In this document: one piece after another, positions 45,177-56,970 of the stretch
How the letters are laid out: every line of letters starts with the position of its first letter
Numbering within the stretch: position 1 is the stretch's first letter
Assembly (NCBI GenBank): GCA_900088475.1
Contig: FLMG01001670.1
Span: 89,849-153,848, forward strand
Direction of reading: 5' to 3'
Length of the DNA: 64,000 nt
From: Hyphochytrium catenoides
Lineage: Eukaryota > Protista > Hyphochytriomycota
Translations under genes and position numbers: made by a program
The notes under the pieces: model-generated
Database searches by the model: none
Told to the model about the DNA's origin: nothing
What the model saw: only the letters and a program-made list of their open reading frames with translations

Positions 45177-45854
45177 ATGGGCGCGATCAAGGCATCACGA
45201 AAGCAGGGAGTGGATAAGGAGTTCTCCTACATCGCAAGATTTGTTAAAGATGGAGAGATCCGCTTTGGAAAGGATGAAAAGTCAGCCACCATCTACCGAG
45301 CTATACACGCAGGCCAGGAAATCTGCTCCGGTGGTTTGGAACTCGAAAGCTTGCAGGAAATGTTAGAGCTACTCAACGCTCAGCTCAAGCGCTTCTACGT
45401 TGAGCTTGGAGAAGCCTTGGAGGAAGAGACAGAAGATGAAGAGGATGATGAAGAAGAGGATGATGAAGATGGGGACGAAGGCTCTGATCAAGACGATGAG
45501 GACGGCGATAGTGACGAGGAGGTTGAGGAGGAAGTCGAAACCAGAGAGGAAATTGAGATTATTGATGACGAGGAAGAGGAAGAGGATGACGATGAGGACG
45601 ATAAGGGAGAAGATACTGATGACGAGGAGGATCAAGAAGAAGCCGAGGACACTGCCCAAATCGTGATAGATGATGATGACGAAGAGGACGAAGAGGATGA
45701 AGAAGAAGACGAGCAGGAGGACGAGGACGAAGACGAAGACGAGCAGGAAGAGAACGGGCTCGATGAAGAGGATTTAGAAGTAAACGATGAGGAAGAAGCA
45801 CTAGAAGAGGTAACGTCACTCACTGATTTGTTCCAATGGAGAGACATAAACTAA
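45177..45854 (+). CDS. Small protein: about 80-aa helical N-terminal domain plus a long Asp/Glu-rich tail with SIM-like motifs
   Basis: 225-aa intronless ORF. The tail is roughly 70% D/E by manual count and contains IEIIDDEEE and IVIDDDDEE. Confidence 0.75.
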   Translation: MGAIKASRKQGVDKEFSYIARFVKDGEIRFGKDEKSATIYRAIHAGQEICSGGLELESLQEMLELLNAQLKRFYVELGEALEEETEDEEDDEEEDDEDGDEGSDQDDEDGDSDEEVEEEVETREEIEIIDDEEEEEDDDEDDKGEDTDDEEDQEEAEDTAQIVIDDDDEEDEEDEEEDEQEDEDEDEDEQEENGLDEEDLEVNDEEEALEEVTSLTDLFQWRDIN

Positions 45855-46491
45855 CATCTTGGATCCAGAGCGGCGGACCAGGCGATGTAACCACCTCGAG
45901 CTCAGCGGAAAAAGAAGAAGGCGAGGTAAGAGTCCGCCCCTCCCATGAGCACGCGCAGAACATCAATTCTTAAGGCTTCCATGCTCCTGTTGTCCCTTGC
46001 CCATCCTGTCAATGTAGTCAAAACCACCTGAGCAAGGCGAAGAAGGACCACCCACAAAAAGAGCGAGGGTCGAGGAAGAATGACTATAGAGGCGTCCATC
46101 CATGCATATCGCACAATGTTTTCCTCTCTCCAATTCTATGGCCTTTCTTGGGCACTTGCCTTCTTTCATCCCTTCTATTGGTTTATAAGATAACGAGTAA
46201 TATTTATGTGCTTCTGATACGAGGATCCTAGACTGAGGGGAAGTAAACTTCTGAGTGGCGCTGGGGTGTCAGGTAAAGCGAGGGCCAGAAGGTGAGAGTA
46301 CTGGGCCCTACACTAGTGGAGTTGGATGCCAGGAACACAAAGCAAGAGCGGAGGTCAACTGAGACCAGAGGAGCTCTTCCTCGTGACCCCGCCTACAGCC
46401 TAAAGCTGGGAGGGAATGATGCAATAGATATAAGCTTAGCTATCAGACACAACATTGGTAGTTCTTTCTTTTTAATAAAGCCCCCGCAGCC

Positions 46492-48285
46492 CTAGAGGGC
46501 AGAAGGGCTGCTGCCTATCAGAGCCTTGTAAAGCTGTTCGCCTGAGAGGTTAGGCGGGCCTGCTTTCTGCTCTGCTACTTCCTTCACGAGTCGGACCATA
46601 GCGTCGTTTAACGGGGTAGCGACGTTAAACTCCTTTCCCAGCCGGGAGATCTCTCCATTGATCAACTCCACCTCTGTCTCCCGTTTGTGCACGAGATCCT
46701 CTTGCATTGATGACTAGAAAGGCGAGTGGACAGGTGTGAAAGGAAAGATAAGGAGACGGACAGTGTCAGCCCAGCATAGCGGGGGGAAGGGGGTGGGGGT
46801 TGGTTCAAGTCCACAACCTCTTCTGGACCTTCAACACTATACACAGGGTCGATACACCTCGAAGCGAAGGACGGCAAGAAGCCATACCATGGAGTAGAGA
46901 AGATGCTGACCACAGTGGAGAGCTAGGGCAACAGCAATAAGCGAGAGCCAGACATACCGTTGCTTTCTCATTTACCCTTAGCATCGATGCTGCCACCCTT
47001 ACGAACATAAAATCTGGGAGTCGGAAGACGTAGGGCAAGAATGAGGGGGGAAGTGCAACGAAGGATAGAGGTCGGATGCCTGCAGCCTTATAGGTCGCAA
47101 GTGCCTCCGATATAAGTCCAGCTAACACTTTGCGGTAAGAGTACTGGGAAAGCTCTGCCTTCAGGCTGTGGCCACTCATAGCATTCACTGAATTGTTCAG
47201 ATTGAAGAGCAGCTTTCCGTAGAGAACGCCCTGCAGCTGAGGGTCAGGTAGGCCTGGAGATGGCTGTAAAAGGCTCCAGGGAAAAGAACGGCTTATGACA
47301 GCGACAAACAGCCGTAAGTATATTCAGGTAGGGTGGATAGAGGAGAGCCAACTCCCGAGGATAGGCGAGAAGACACAGATGGGAAGAACCTTAGGGAAGA
47401 ATTCAGCAGAGAGATGAATATTTTGCAGCTAGTGTAGCTGACCCTCATGTCTGGCGATGTCTCCGTGTGGACATCCGCGTCTCTTAGCGCCGAGACTAGG
47501 TCTCTGGCCTTGGGACTCTCCTCTATATAGATGGCTCCAATCGTGCCTGCCACCCTTACGACTTAGTTTCATCTTCAGCAAAACCCCTCACATTCAACAC
47601 TACCAGCAGGAAACCCCGGTATAACCCTTTCTCGTGGATGTAGAACCTCTCTGTCAAGAAGACTTCTCTCCTTGTAAATCTCTCGGTCAAAGATAATAAG
47701 AACTGTTCAAGCCTTACCTTGTCTGAAGACCGGCTTGCTGATATCAGAAGCTACATTAAAAGGCACCATTCCAGCAAGAACGGGCAGAGAGTTTGGAGGA
47801 AGTACATTGCGGATAGTGTCAGCGTTATGGATGCCATTCTGCAACGAGACCACCACAGGCTGTCGATCTTCTCCTCGTTGGTCGTTATCCTTATCAGCCG
47901 CCCTTTCACTACCATCACCAATATGCGATGAGATAAGCAGGTTCCGTCCGTCAGGCGACAGAACGCGACGAACAATATCCTCGGTCACCACACCCTTCGA
48001 GGCAATTAGGAGGTAGCGTGGACGCCAGCCGCTGACCTCCTCAGGGTCCGTTGTGTAGGTAATACGCGTGGGAGAAAGTTGGACGGTCCTCCCGTCCTCT
48101 CTCACAGCTGTCAAGCCGTGCTCAGCGATCTGCCTCTGCAGTCTGGGACGCCCATAAAAGAGGACTGAGGGCCGGGGAATATGAGTCCCAGAACAGAGCA
48201 GGCAGAGTAGACAAAAGTAATAAGCACGCCAGCAAGCCTGAAGACAAATCGAGCAGCAGAGAGAAGCGAAGGAAAGGGGAGACGT

Positions 48286-48316
<31 letters not shown>

Positions 48317-48600
48317 AATATAACCGCACACGAGTGATATCTTTAACTCTTCAGGGCTGAACCAGCAATAGTTAGAGCCTACAGCTCTCCCCATCGAGCA
48401 GACAAGAGGAGTGAGGGAGCATAAAGTCAGGCAAGAGTTTGTACTTGAGAAGAATAGAGACAAAGTCATCTTTCATCGTAGTCCACGTACTCACCTGGGC
48501 ATCCCAGGTCTAAAAGTAGGGTTCCAAGGAAGCAACCGATGTTCCCTGCACCGAGAATTGCGATGCGGGGTCGGTGGAGCGCCTGCAACGCACTCGACAT
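46492..48600 (-). CDS. panE: 2-dehydropantoate 2-reductase (ketopantoate reductase, ApbA/PanE family), five exons
   Basis: RIAILGAGNIGCFLG, VVSLQNGIHN, VLAGMVPFNV, catalytic Lys in LYGKLLFNLNNSVNAMSG, SSMQEDL...RETEVELINGEI (catalytic Glu), TPLN. Exons join in frame through GT-AG introns. Confidence 0.9.
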
Positions 48601-49362
48601 CTTTACCTCTAACCGCGTACTCAGGTCCTTGAACAAGAGACAGTCCCGGTGGTCTATCAAGGGGCAGCAGCGTCGGTGTCTAGCTGGTTCTTAGTGCCTC
48701 CTCCCTATATCCTTCGTCTCCGTGTCTCGCTATGATCTAGCTGACCTTGCCACCTACTGCTAGCACTCTTCTTCCTACTTATCGCCCTCCCTCGTCTCGC
48801 CTTGAAGCCTCTTCCCTCTTATCTCTCCCAGCTCTTTAAGGCTTGTCCCTATCATACTTCTCAACTCTATCTGCTTGCTCTCCTCCTCTCCCTCACATCT
48901 CGGCTATCTGCTGATCAGAACTTGACGTGTCAAGATGGCGTTACGGCCGGAGATCTGTAGGTGTCATACTTTGAACGAGGAATCGGGCAAATTCTTATTC
49001 ATCTCTTAGGAAGGGCGTTACCCGCTAAGATTCTTGATGATGTTTCTGCTTGGATGTTATGGACATTGAAGCAGCAGCCAATGCGGTCTTCATGGTGAGA
49101 AGGTCTTAAAGCTTACAGTGCTAGGACGAAGAGCTTCAGGGCAGCTAATAGCTCCACACAGGTAGCACGCTATCTAGATAGAAGGGAGGTCAAGCTAGAA
49201 GGAAGACGGATGAGAAGAAGGTGAACTGGAGACCTCAGGTGTGATGAGTCGATAGTAAAGAGAAAAGAGTGCCGGGGAAAGATGAGCCCTCTGTCAGAAG
49301 GAAGAGATCAACTAGCGGCTTAGAGTGTTGAGAAGCGCAAGAGTCAGCATGGCTCAACCGAG

Positions 49363-49418
49363 NNNNNNNNNNNNNNNNNNNNNNNNNNNNNNNNNNNNNN
49401 NNNNNNNNNNNNNNNNNN
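49363..49418. other. Assembly gap (56 N), intergenic
   Basis: Run of N between panE and TMEM184. Confidence 0.95.
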
Positions 49419-49726
49419 GCTCGTGCATACACGCATGCCCCCTTCGGAGGTAACAGCACCAAGAAGGTCTTTGGATCTGTGTCGAAGAGAGAGGGAGATA
49501 CCCCTTTATTGGAGGCCTTACATAGAGTCTTTACCATTAGATGTTGGACCCAACAGCCTACTTCGAGAGCTCTCATATATAATGGCTTCTCTTCTGTACT
49601 TACAGAAAGCGTCACTGATATCCCATGAGTCACAGTCTCTTTGAAGTTGCTCCCTTTGGCAGCAGGATCTCTTCGACTGTTGATGTCTCTTCTGGCAATC
49701 TCCCTCTGTTCCCCTCGTGCCATCCT

Positions 49727-51443
49727 TTAGGTCTCTTCATATTCAGCTCCGTTTGTCGTGTCCCATTTGGCAGCCAAGAGCTGCTTTCTAGTAAGAATTG
49801 GGTTCTGAGAGTTTTTGACGTCCTGCGCCACGTCAGCGACGTTGATGGCGTCAATGAGTTTGGACAAAAGAGGCGCCTTAGCAGCATTCTCTTCCGCGAC
49901 GATACCACCAGAGGTAAAATCCTCCACCCGGAAGACGTAGAGATGTGCGATAGCAAAGCAGAGCATCTCAATACAAATGATGAAGTCTTGAAGACCATCA
50001 GCAAGTTCAGTCTGATCCCAGCATTTCTCGGGCGTGCCTGATGGGCAGGCGGGCAAGCAAATTAGCAGATATCGCACACCAGGTATGAAAGAGACAAACG
50101 ATGAAGATGAACAGACGTCAGAAGCGAAGTGCGATGGCTAAGAAGCAAAAGAGGAAGCCCAAGAGCGATGAAGGCAGACAAAAGGACGAGAAGAAGTCAA
50201 TGAGGAGAAATACTGGGTATAACCTCCAAAAGGAGAAGGGGTTGGCGGCTCTGATGGGTGTGCTAACCTTCACAGAAGTGGAATGTTTCTCCTGAGATGA
50301 CATCGAAGTAAATCAATGCCGATATCAGCACCGACTGCCAATAAGTGAAGAACACAATCGCCTTGATACTGAGGATCTTATTCACTGGCTTGATGGGTGC
50401 CAGCTCCTCCCTGGTACCCACGTAGAAGAGGATGAGGCAATACATGGCCCATATCTGGCTGCAGTTCGTGATGAAGGCTACATAAGGGTATCCTCGATCA
50501 TAGCGAAACTCTCCATCACCATAGACTCCGGCTGTTGTCAGTTAGAATAATAGAGGGGATCAGTTCAGTCCTACATTGGCCGATACTCTTACACATTTTT
50601 GGAGGGGTAGTAACAGGCCACATCAAGAGACTTGTATGAAAGGAACAAAGGGATGGAGAGAGAGAGAGAGAGGCCGTGTGATTTGGATAAGCAGGAAAGC
50701 CAAAGTCCTAAAAGAGGTGATACACAGCAGGACGGGAGCCAGGGGTGGAAACAAAGACAATACTAGAGGCGGACGAGGAGATAATGCGCTTACCTAGTGC
50801 GCAGATAAGGGTGGTCAGCGCCATAAAAAGCTTGATAGGCACGTATTGTAACACTCCTACCGCGCAGTATTTCAGAAACTCGCTCCCCATGGTCCAGTTC
50901 CGTAAACAGCAAAACGGTGAGATGTGAGACACCTGAGCCTTCGACCGGAGGGTGTCTGCCAAATGCTCTGTGCCTCCTAGGTACTCCACCAGGAAGGTAA
51001 AGAAGGAGTAGATGACAAACGCCTCATAGCAGTCCCGCAGTATTGAGAAAATCTGGGCCAGATGACAGTTGGGGAGGATAGGAGAGTTGAGGAAAGAGGA
51101 AACGTGAGGGGCTAATTCATACAGAGAATGTCAAGTCGTGCTTGCATCACTCCCAACTTGCCCTTCTTTCGTACCGACCCTACAGCTCCATTAACCCTCT
51201 TTCGCTACCTTAAGTCGTGTATGTGGCACCTCTTCGTACCTGTGCTTGCTTTTGAAATACTAACCCGAGCCATGATTCGCAGGCATAGATAGGAACCATC
51301 ATCAGGATACGGACGATGCTTCTCCTGATGAGCTTGTGAGGGTTCTCTCTGAGATGCATGTATATGTGCGCAGCCGAGAGGGTGGACGCAGCCACAGTGA
51401 AGAGTCCTGCCACGAGGTAGACGACAGAAAGTACCTCCACCAT
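49727..51443 (-). CDS. TMEM184: Organic solute transporter alpha / TMEM184 family protein, multi-exon
   Basis: IVRILMMVPIYACESWLGL, RDCYEAFVIYSF, GVLQYVPIK, SQIWAMYCLILFY, KILSIKAIVFFTYWQ, LQDFIICIEMLCFAIAHLYVF. Confidence 0.92.
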
Positions 51444-52105
51444 ATTCCTTTGAGTGGGACTACTAGAACTGGCCTCTGCTGTGAAGACTGCGAATCAGGT
51501 CTGTAGGAAAAAGTCGATGCCTCTCACATCGCGGATCGCTACTACCGATTGCCCGAACAAGGTATTGGCGAACGCCCTGCCTTCTGTTGGCGGCCCTTTC
51601 TCCCAAAGTAGGAATACCTGCTAGAGGGTGTCAGAGCTATATAGTCTCTAATAAGCTCGAGGAAGGCCTCGATGAGGCGACGGCAGCAACAAAGCTTCAG
51701 AATGACGATCTCTAAAATTCAGTGAGGAGCTTTCTCCAGATAATAACAGTCAGCACTGCTGCGAGACAGAGCTACATACAATCAAGGGTCAAGAGATGAA
51801 GAGAGAGGAGACATAGAAGACAGAGGATCGATTATAAGAGCGAGTGGAACATTCCGCAATTTCGATAATCAACCACTTTGCGTATTCGGTTACTGGACTT
51901 AAGTAACTTTCACCTAAAACTCTTCTCGGATCGCCGTCAGACGCGGGAATTCCTGAAAAGTGTTTACTAGTGCTTACTATTATTCTCTTCCCACATCAGA
52001 ATTGTTCGACGGCCAACCATAGGCAGCATTGCACACTGTTAATTTTGCGCGGAAAGCACCAAGCGCTGTTGCCAGCAGCAGCAGGCAGCTGAGATATTAT
52101 TTATT

Positions 52106-54577
52106 ATGAACAGCGTAGAAGAGCGCCTCTCAGATGATGCAGAGACTGATGAGATCACTGATGATGTTGGTGCCAACAACACCCTTGCTGGTGCCTCTCA
52201 TGGCGTCTATCTAAGGTCTGCTGTGAAGCTGTTGACCTGGCTGTACGGTCATAAGAGAAGGCACCTCCTTACAAGAGAGTTTCTCGAAGCATTGCAGAGA
52301 TATTCTTCTTCTAGCAGGAGAACGAAGAGGAAGGATAGACAAACCCGCGGCGATGGTAGTGATGACGACAATGCTGTGACTGCGGCTTCTTCTTCTCTCG
52401 TCGTTCGTCCTAGTGCCACCGCCAATAGTGCTTCCAGTAGTATCAGTAGTAGTGCTACTGCTGCCGCTACTGCTGGTAGTAGCGGGCAGCTAGATGAAGC
52501 TGATGCTCCGTCATTACCCTGCTCGCCAGCTCCATCCTCTTCTTTCAACCTGCAAGAGTCAGTCGTTCGGCAGGTACTGCTTAAGGAGCCAACAATTGCT
52601 CCACTCCGTTTTGACGATTTCACTGCAAGAGACTTTCTGACGTGGATCAACACGCTTAGAAAGAGGAATGGGGAAAGGCCAGGCTTCTCCACCTTCAACA
52701 GTCATAGGGCAGCGCTGTTCAACCTCTATAGGGGTTACGGGAAGACTGTGCCGAGGACTTTCGAGGCAGAACTCAAGAGTCATTACAAAGGTCTGAAACG
52801 CAAGACAAGCACCTCAATCATACGCGAAGGTATTGAAATACCTATTGCTGGTAAGGACCCTCTTCCCTTTGGGCTGTACAAGTTTCTTGTATTGGAGATG
52901 CTGAAGATGAAGACCCGTGATTACATTTTTGCTCGGACATTTCTGATAATAAGCTGGAACCTGATGTGTCGTGCGGGAAATGCTGTCTCAATCCGCCTTG
53001 ACCACATTGATTTTTCGTGTGACGCGATGAGAATCTACCCTTCGCATATGAAAGATGATCAATTCGGAAAGAGGCCAAGAAGGGACCCGCGCCACGTCTA
53101 CGCCAATCCTCTTTCTCCAGCTGTGTGTCCTATCCTTGCTATCGGTATCTACTGGCTGTGCTTTCCCTTTCAGACAACAGAGGAACGTCTCTTTCAAGGG
53201 AACAGCCAGTCTGACAGGTTTCGTAAGATCCTTGCAAAGTGCTTGAGACTGCCACACGTAATGGAGGAACTGGAAACCAGAGGTATCCAGCCGGATGATT
53301 TAGGTTCTCATTCAGTAAGGAAGGGCGCTGCTATCTACGCCTCCTCAGGATCGCCTTCAGCGCCATCGTCTACGGCTATTCAGTTCCGAGCAGGCTGGGT
53401 ATCAGGAGGTGTACAAGATACATCTTTGCGGTATGAACCGGCGGGTGACATGTATGTAGGCAGGACAGTCTCAGGGCTTCCCTTAGACAAGCCTGAATTT
53501 GCAATGCTGCCTCCTCACTTTAAAGGGTGTGACAGAGACAAGATTAAGCAGGCCCTGGACATATGCTATCCTGGCCTACCGCCCAATCTTAGGCGGACAG
53601 GAGAATTCGCTTTGGCTTCAGTGTTATATCATGCCACTTTCCTCCGTGAGACGGTTCCAGCTAGTCATCCTCTCCTCCAGACCGTACCGTTTAGGTCCGA
53701 TATACCCGTCATTGAGGAGCTACGAAGGAACGTAGTGTGTGGCATGTCGCAATTAGGCGATGACAGTCTGCGAGCCACAGGGGTACCAGCTCATGTTAGC
53801 GTTATGGCAGAGCTTAGAGAGGTTTGCCTACAAGTAAAGGAGGGAATTCGGCTACAGGCTCATCAGCAGGCAGAAGTAAAACGGAATGTAGTGGACGATA
53901 TCGTTAGAGCACTGGAGGGTCGAGCGCTCGGTGGTACTAGTAGTACCGTCACAGCTGCTGGCCTTAGAGACACCATCATGGAATGCTTTACGGAGGCTGG
54001 TGCGAGCACGTTGCGCAACATTGGTGGGTATGGCAGCGCGGCCCAAGCGACAAACTCTCATCAGGGAGAAAAAGCCACTTCTTCTACTCCAACGGCAGAT
54101 GATAACAGAACTATGGTCGGGACTGAGGGAGGAGGAGGAGGACTATTCCGCGAAGCAGTGTATATGTGGGGTGGCACCCTCCATCACTTTCCAGAGGATT
54201 TTCATTTACCAAATGGCACTGTCGCTAACGCGTGGCAGCTATGGTGCTGCGGTGACGCTGCAAAGCGCTTCCCTCCTCTGAAGCGATTGCGCCCGCATGA
54301 TCTCAAGGACAAGAATGAGAGGAAACGCCTTAGCGAGTACAAGTACCTGATGCTCTGCATCGAGAAGAAGGCAGAGGAACTGGGCCTTCGCCAGCCGTCA
54401 TCCTGGACTATCGAAGAGGCAATACGGGTCTTCACTCTGTGTGAAGCTGCGGTAGAGGTCAGGGACATGTCAGAGAAGCAGAGAAAGCGCCGAAAGACAC
54501 AACTCAGCTGGGTGACCGTAGCGACTCTGAAACGGAAAGAAGAGAGGGAAAATAGATCAGTGCCCGAAAACACCTAA
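52106..54577 (+). mobile_element. Crypton (CryptonS-like) tyrosine-recombinase gene, intronless 823 aa, possibly domesticated
   Basis: HRAALFNLYR, HYKGLKR, GKDPLPF, SWNLMCRAGN (R289), HMKDDQ (K316), DPRHVYANP...CPILAIGIYW, GSHSVRKG (H402, R405), RAGW (W431), LRYEPAGDMYVGRTVSGLP, ATGVPAHV, and C-terminal YMWGG...PEDF.LP...AWQLWCCG. This is the motif order I recognise from oomycete-type Crypton proteins. No termini found. Confidence 0.85.
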
Positions 54578-55689
54578 ACTGTGTTGTAGCTCACACATTT
54601 CGTATTACCGAAATCAGCTAGACGCAAAACACCTATCGTTCTTCTTTATCTCTTCACTTTCCCTCAGACTTAATCTGGGGAGGACAAATTAAACTCGGGG
54701 ATTTTCCGAAATCACGTCTGCACCAGTCTGTTGAGAAGGAATGGTCTTGTGTGGCTGGCCCCAGCGCACAACGGACACAACGGGCTGTACAGACCTAAAC
54801 TGGTCCTGCTTGTTATACAAAAATAGAGCTGATGATGCTGTGCGTTGTTCGATGTAATGTAACGTCTCTTGGGAAGATTTGATCTTTATGGAAAGTCATG
54901 GAAGTTGTTGAGATGCTGAGAGAGGCGGGTCAGCTGAGAGACAGACGACTCTGCTGGAGAGGAGGAGAAGGAGGAGAAGACAGGGACTGGTGAAGACAAG
55001 AGGACGGACTGGAGAGACACTGTGAGAGAGAGAAAGACGAGTTTTTGCAGAGAGAGGAGAAGAGTATGGGAGACAGAGAGAATTGGAGCCAGAGAGTGAG
55101 AGAAGAAGAGCCAGACAGACGCACGGAAGACAGAAGCGCATCCTTATTAGAGAGGAAGGGAGAGGGAAGCCAGAGAGAGGAAGGAGAGGGAATGAGTAGT
55201 TACCCGCCTTTCCTACCCTCGTTCCTGCTGCTTCGCTCTCCTTCCTGGTGGTGGCTGGGAGAAGGAGATAGAAAGCCATGGAACTAGTAGGGGTGCTCCG
55301 GTTATAGAAATAGAGTAGACCTAGACCCAATGACCGATAATAGGAATATCATTGAACCTCTTTATCCCTCTCCTTCTCTCTGTTACCTCGCTTTATGCCA
55401 GAAGCTGGCGCCATCCGTGGTCGCCATCGCTAGCACTGTACCAGCACGATTTCTTATAAGATGGCGCCATCCTCCTCGCTATTTGCCACTTGTTCGGGCC
55501 GCGAGCCTTTCAGTCTCAAGTTCTCGTGGCCCCTCTCGTTCTCCTCTCCTTTCTTTCAGCTTCCAGCTCATATAACCCAGCTGTCGTCTGTCTTCAGGCG
55601 GTCCGTTACTATGAAATTTCGCTTGACGGACACACCCTAACAGACGCAAGGAGAAGAAAGAACAAACAGCATAGGAAACTCTCACCACC

Positions 55690-56970
55690 ATGGGTCTCGC
55701 AGTCAGTCAACCTTCGGTCCCCGGTCCAAAGAGAAGCGTGGTTGTCGTTGGCGGGGGATACGCAGGGGTAGCCATTAGCCAGGAGTTGGAAAGGCAAGGG
55801 TTTCAGGTCACGCTCATTGAAAAGAAAGACTATTTCCTTCATTCTGTCGGATCTCTGCGAGCTGTTTATCACATTGGTTGGGAGAACAAGGTCGTCATTC
55901 CCTATACCAACTTACTGAGGCAAGGAAAGGTGATACAAGGAGAAGTCTTATCTATCCTTCCTGACGAAAAGACGGTGGTGTTCTCAACAAATGCAGGAGA
56001 ATTAGCACCGGCAGGTCACGGGGAGCAAAGGATCGGGTATGATTTCTTAGTGGTTGCCACGGGAAGCCCCGCACCTCCGGCATTTCCTGCTCAACCGCCT
56101 CCATCGGCGCTCCATCGCGAGCAATATATTCAGGCTGTCTCTGCTTACAGAGAGGCAGTGAAAGGCGCAAAGAAGGTGGTGATCATTGGTGGAGGGCCAG
56201 CGGGAGTGGAGTTGGCAGCAGAAATAGCAGAAGGATACGGAGGAGAGAAAGAGCTAACTATTATACACTCTGGAAAGACTCTTCTCAGTAACTCGCTCCC
56301 ACCTCTAACGCCAGAGATGACAACAGCAGCGCTGCAGCGCTTAGCAAAACAAGGCATTAGGGTTCTACTAGAGGAGAAGGTGGACCTGTTAAAGTGGAAC
56401 AGCATAGCAAAAGAAGGAAGCCAAGCCTTAGGACTCTCCTATCACACTGGCCTCACAGTGGTAACCACCTCAAAAGGATCCGAGGTCCAGGCAGACATCG
56501 TCATCAACTGCATTGGGTCAGCGGGTCCTATGAATGGAAAAAGGAGTGCTCCTCCATTCCTTCCTGCTGCTTGGCTAGATGAGCAGCAGAGGGTTCGCGT
56601 CAATAACCATCTTCAGGTGTCATCGGTTACAGAAGGGAATGTCTTTGCCCTGGGAGACGTCACAGCCCTGTTAGAGACAAAGCTCGCCTATTATATCAAG
56701 GAGCAAGTTCCTATAGTGAGCAGAAACATCCTTCTTCTCTCACAAGAGGATGCAGAAGTTCACCGGGACGGGGGCAATTCATTGAGCACCTACAATGTCC
56801 ATGAGAGGGCTACAATGGCGCTGGCCCTAGGGAGTAAAGATGGCCTCCTTCAGGCCAATGGTAAGTACCTTGGCTGCCTGGGCTCGTTCATGATAACCCA
56901 AGCCAAAAGTAAGCAGCTAATGGTCTCGGAGCAGTGGAAAACCTTAGGGTTGTCTGCTCCCTCCTCGTAG
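55690..56970 (+). CDS. AIFM2: FSP1/AIFM2 (AMID)-like NAD(P)H:quinone oxidoreductase, N-myristoylation signal, intronless
   Basis: MGLAVS N-terminus, VVVVGGGYAG, HSVGSLRA, YDFLVVATGS, VVIIGGGPAGVELAAEI, TIIHS, RVRVNNHLQV, VFALGD, KSKQL. Confidence 0.85.
   Translation: MGLAVSQPSVPGPKRSVVVVGGGYAGVAISQELERQGFQVTLIEKKDYFLHSVGSLRAVYHIGWENKVVIPYTNLLRQGKVIQGEVLSILPDEKTVVFSTNAGELAPAGHGEQRIGYDFLVVATGSPAPPAFPAQPPPSALHREQYIQAVSAYREAVKGAKKVVIIGGGPAGVELAAEIAEGYGGEKELTIIHSGKTLLSNSLPPLTPEMTTAALQRLAKQGIRVLLEEKVDLLKWNSIAKEGSQALGLSYHTGLTVVTTSKGSEVQADIVINCIGSAGPMNGKRSAPPFLPAAWLDEQQRVRVNNHLQVSSVTEGNVFALGDVTALLETKLAYYIKEQVPIVSRNILLLSQEDAEVHRDGGNSLSTYNVHERATMALALGSKDGLLQANGKYLGCLGSFMITQAKSKQLMVSEQWKTLGLSAPSS

Noticed and set aside
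43012-45847. Antisense Ser/Ala/Phe/Leu-rich ORFs over the two acidic genes
   Set aside because: Shadow frames of low-complexity Glu/Asp/Ala coding sequence.
48911-48919. Recurring GATCAGA/TCTGATC near several gene starts (36041, 48911, 58435, 63900)
   Set aside because: A 7-mer is expected about 8 times on both strands of 64 kb, and it also occurs in introns and coding sequence.
54887-54891. TATGG downstream of the Crypton ORF as a possible CryptonS terminus
   Set aside because: No matching TATGG on the same strand between TMEM184 and the ORF start; a single 5-mer is expected by chance.
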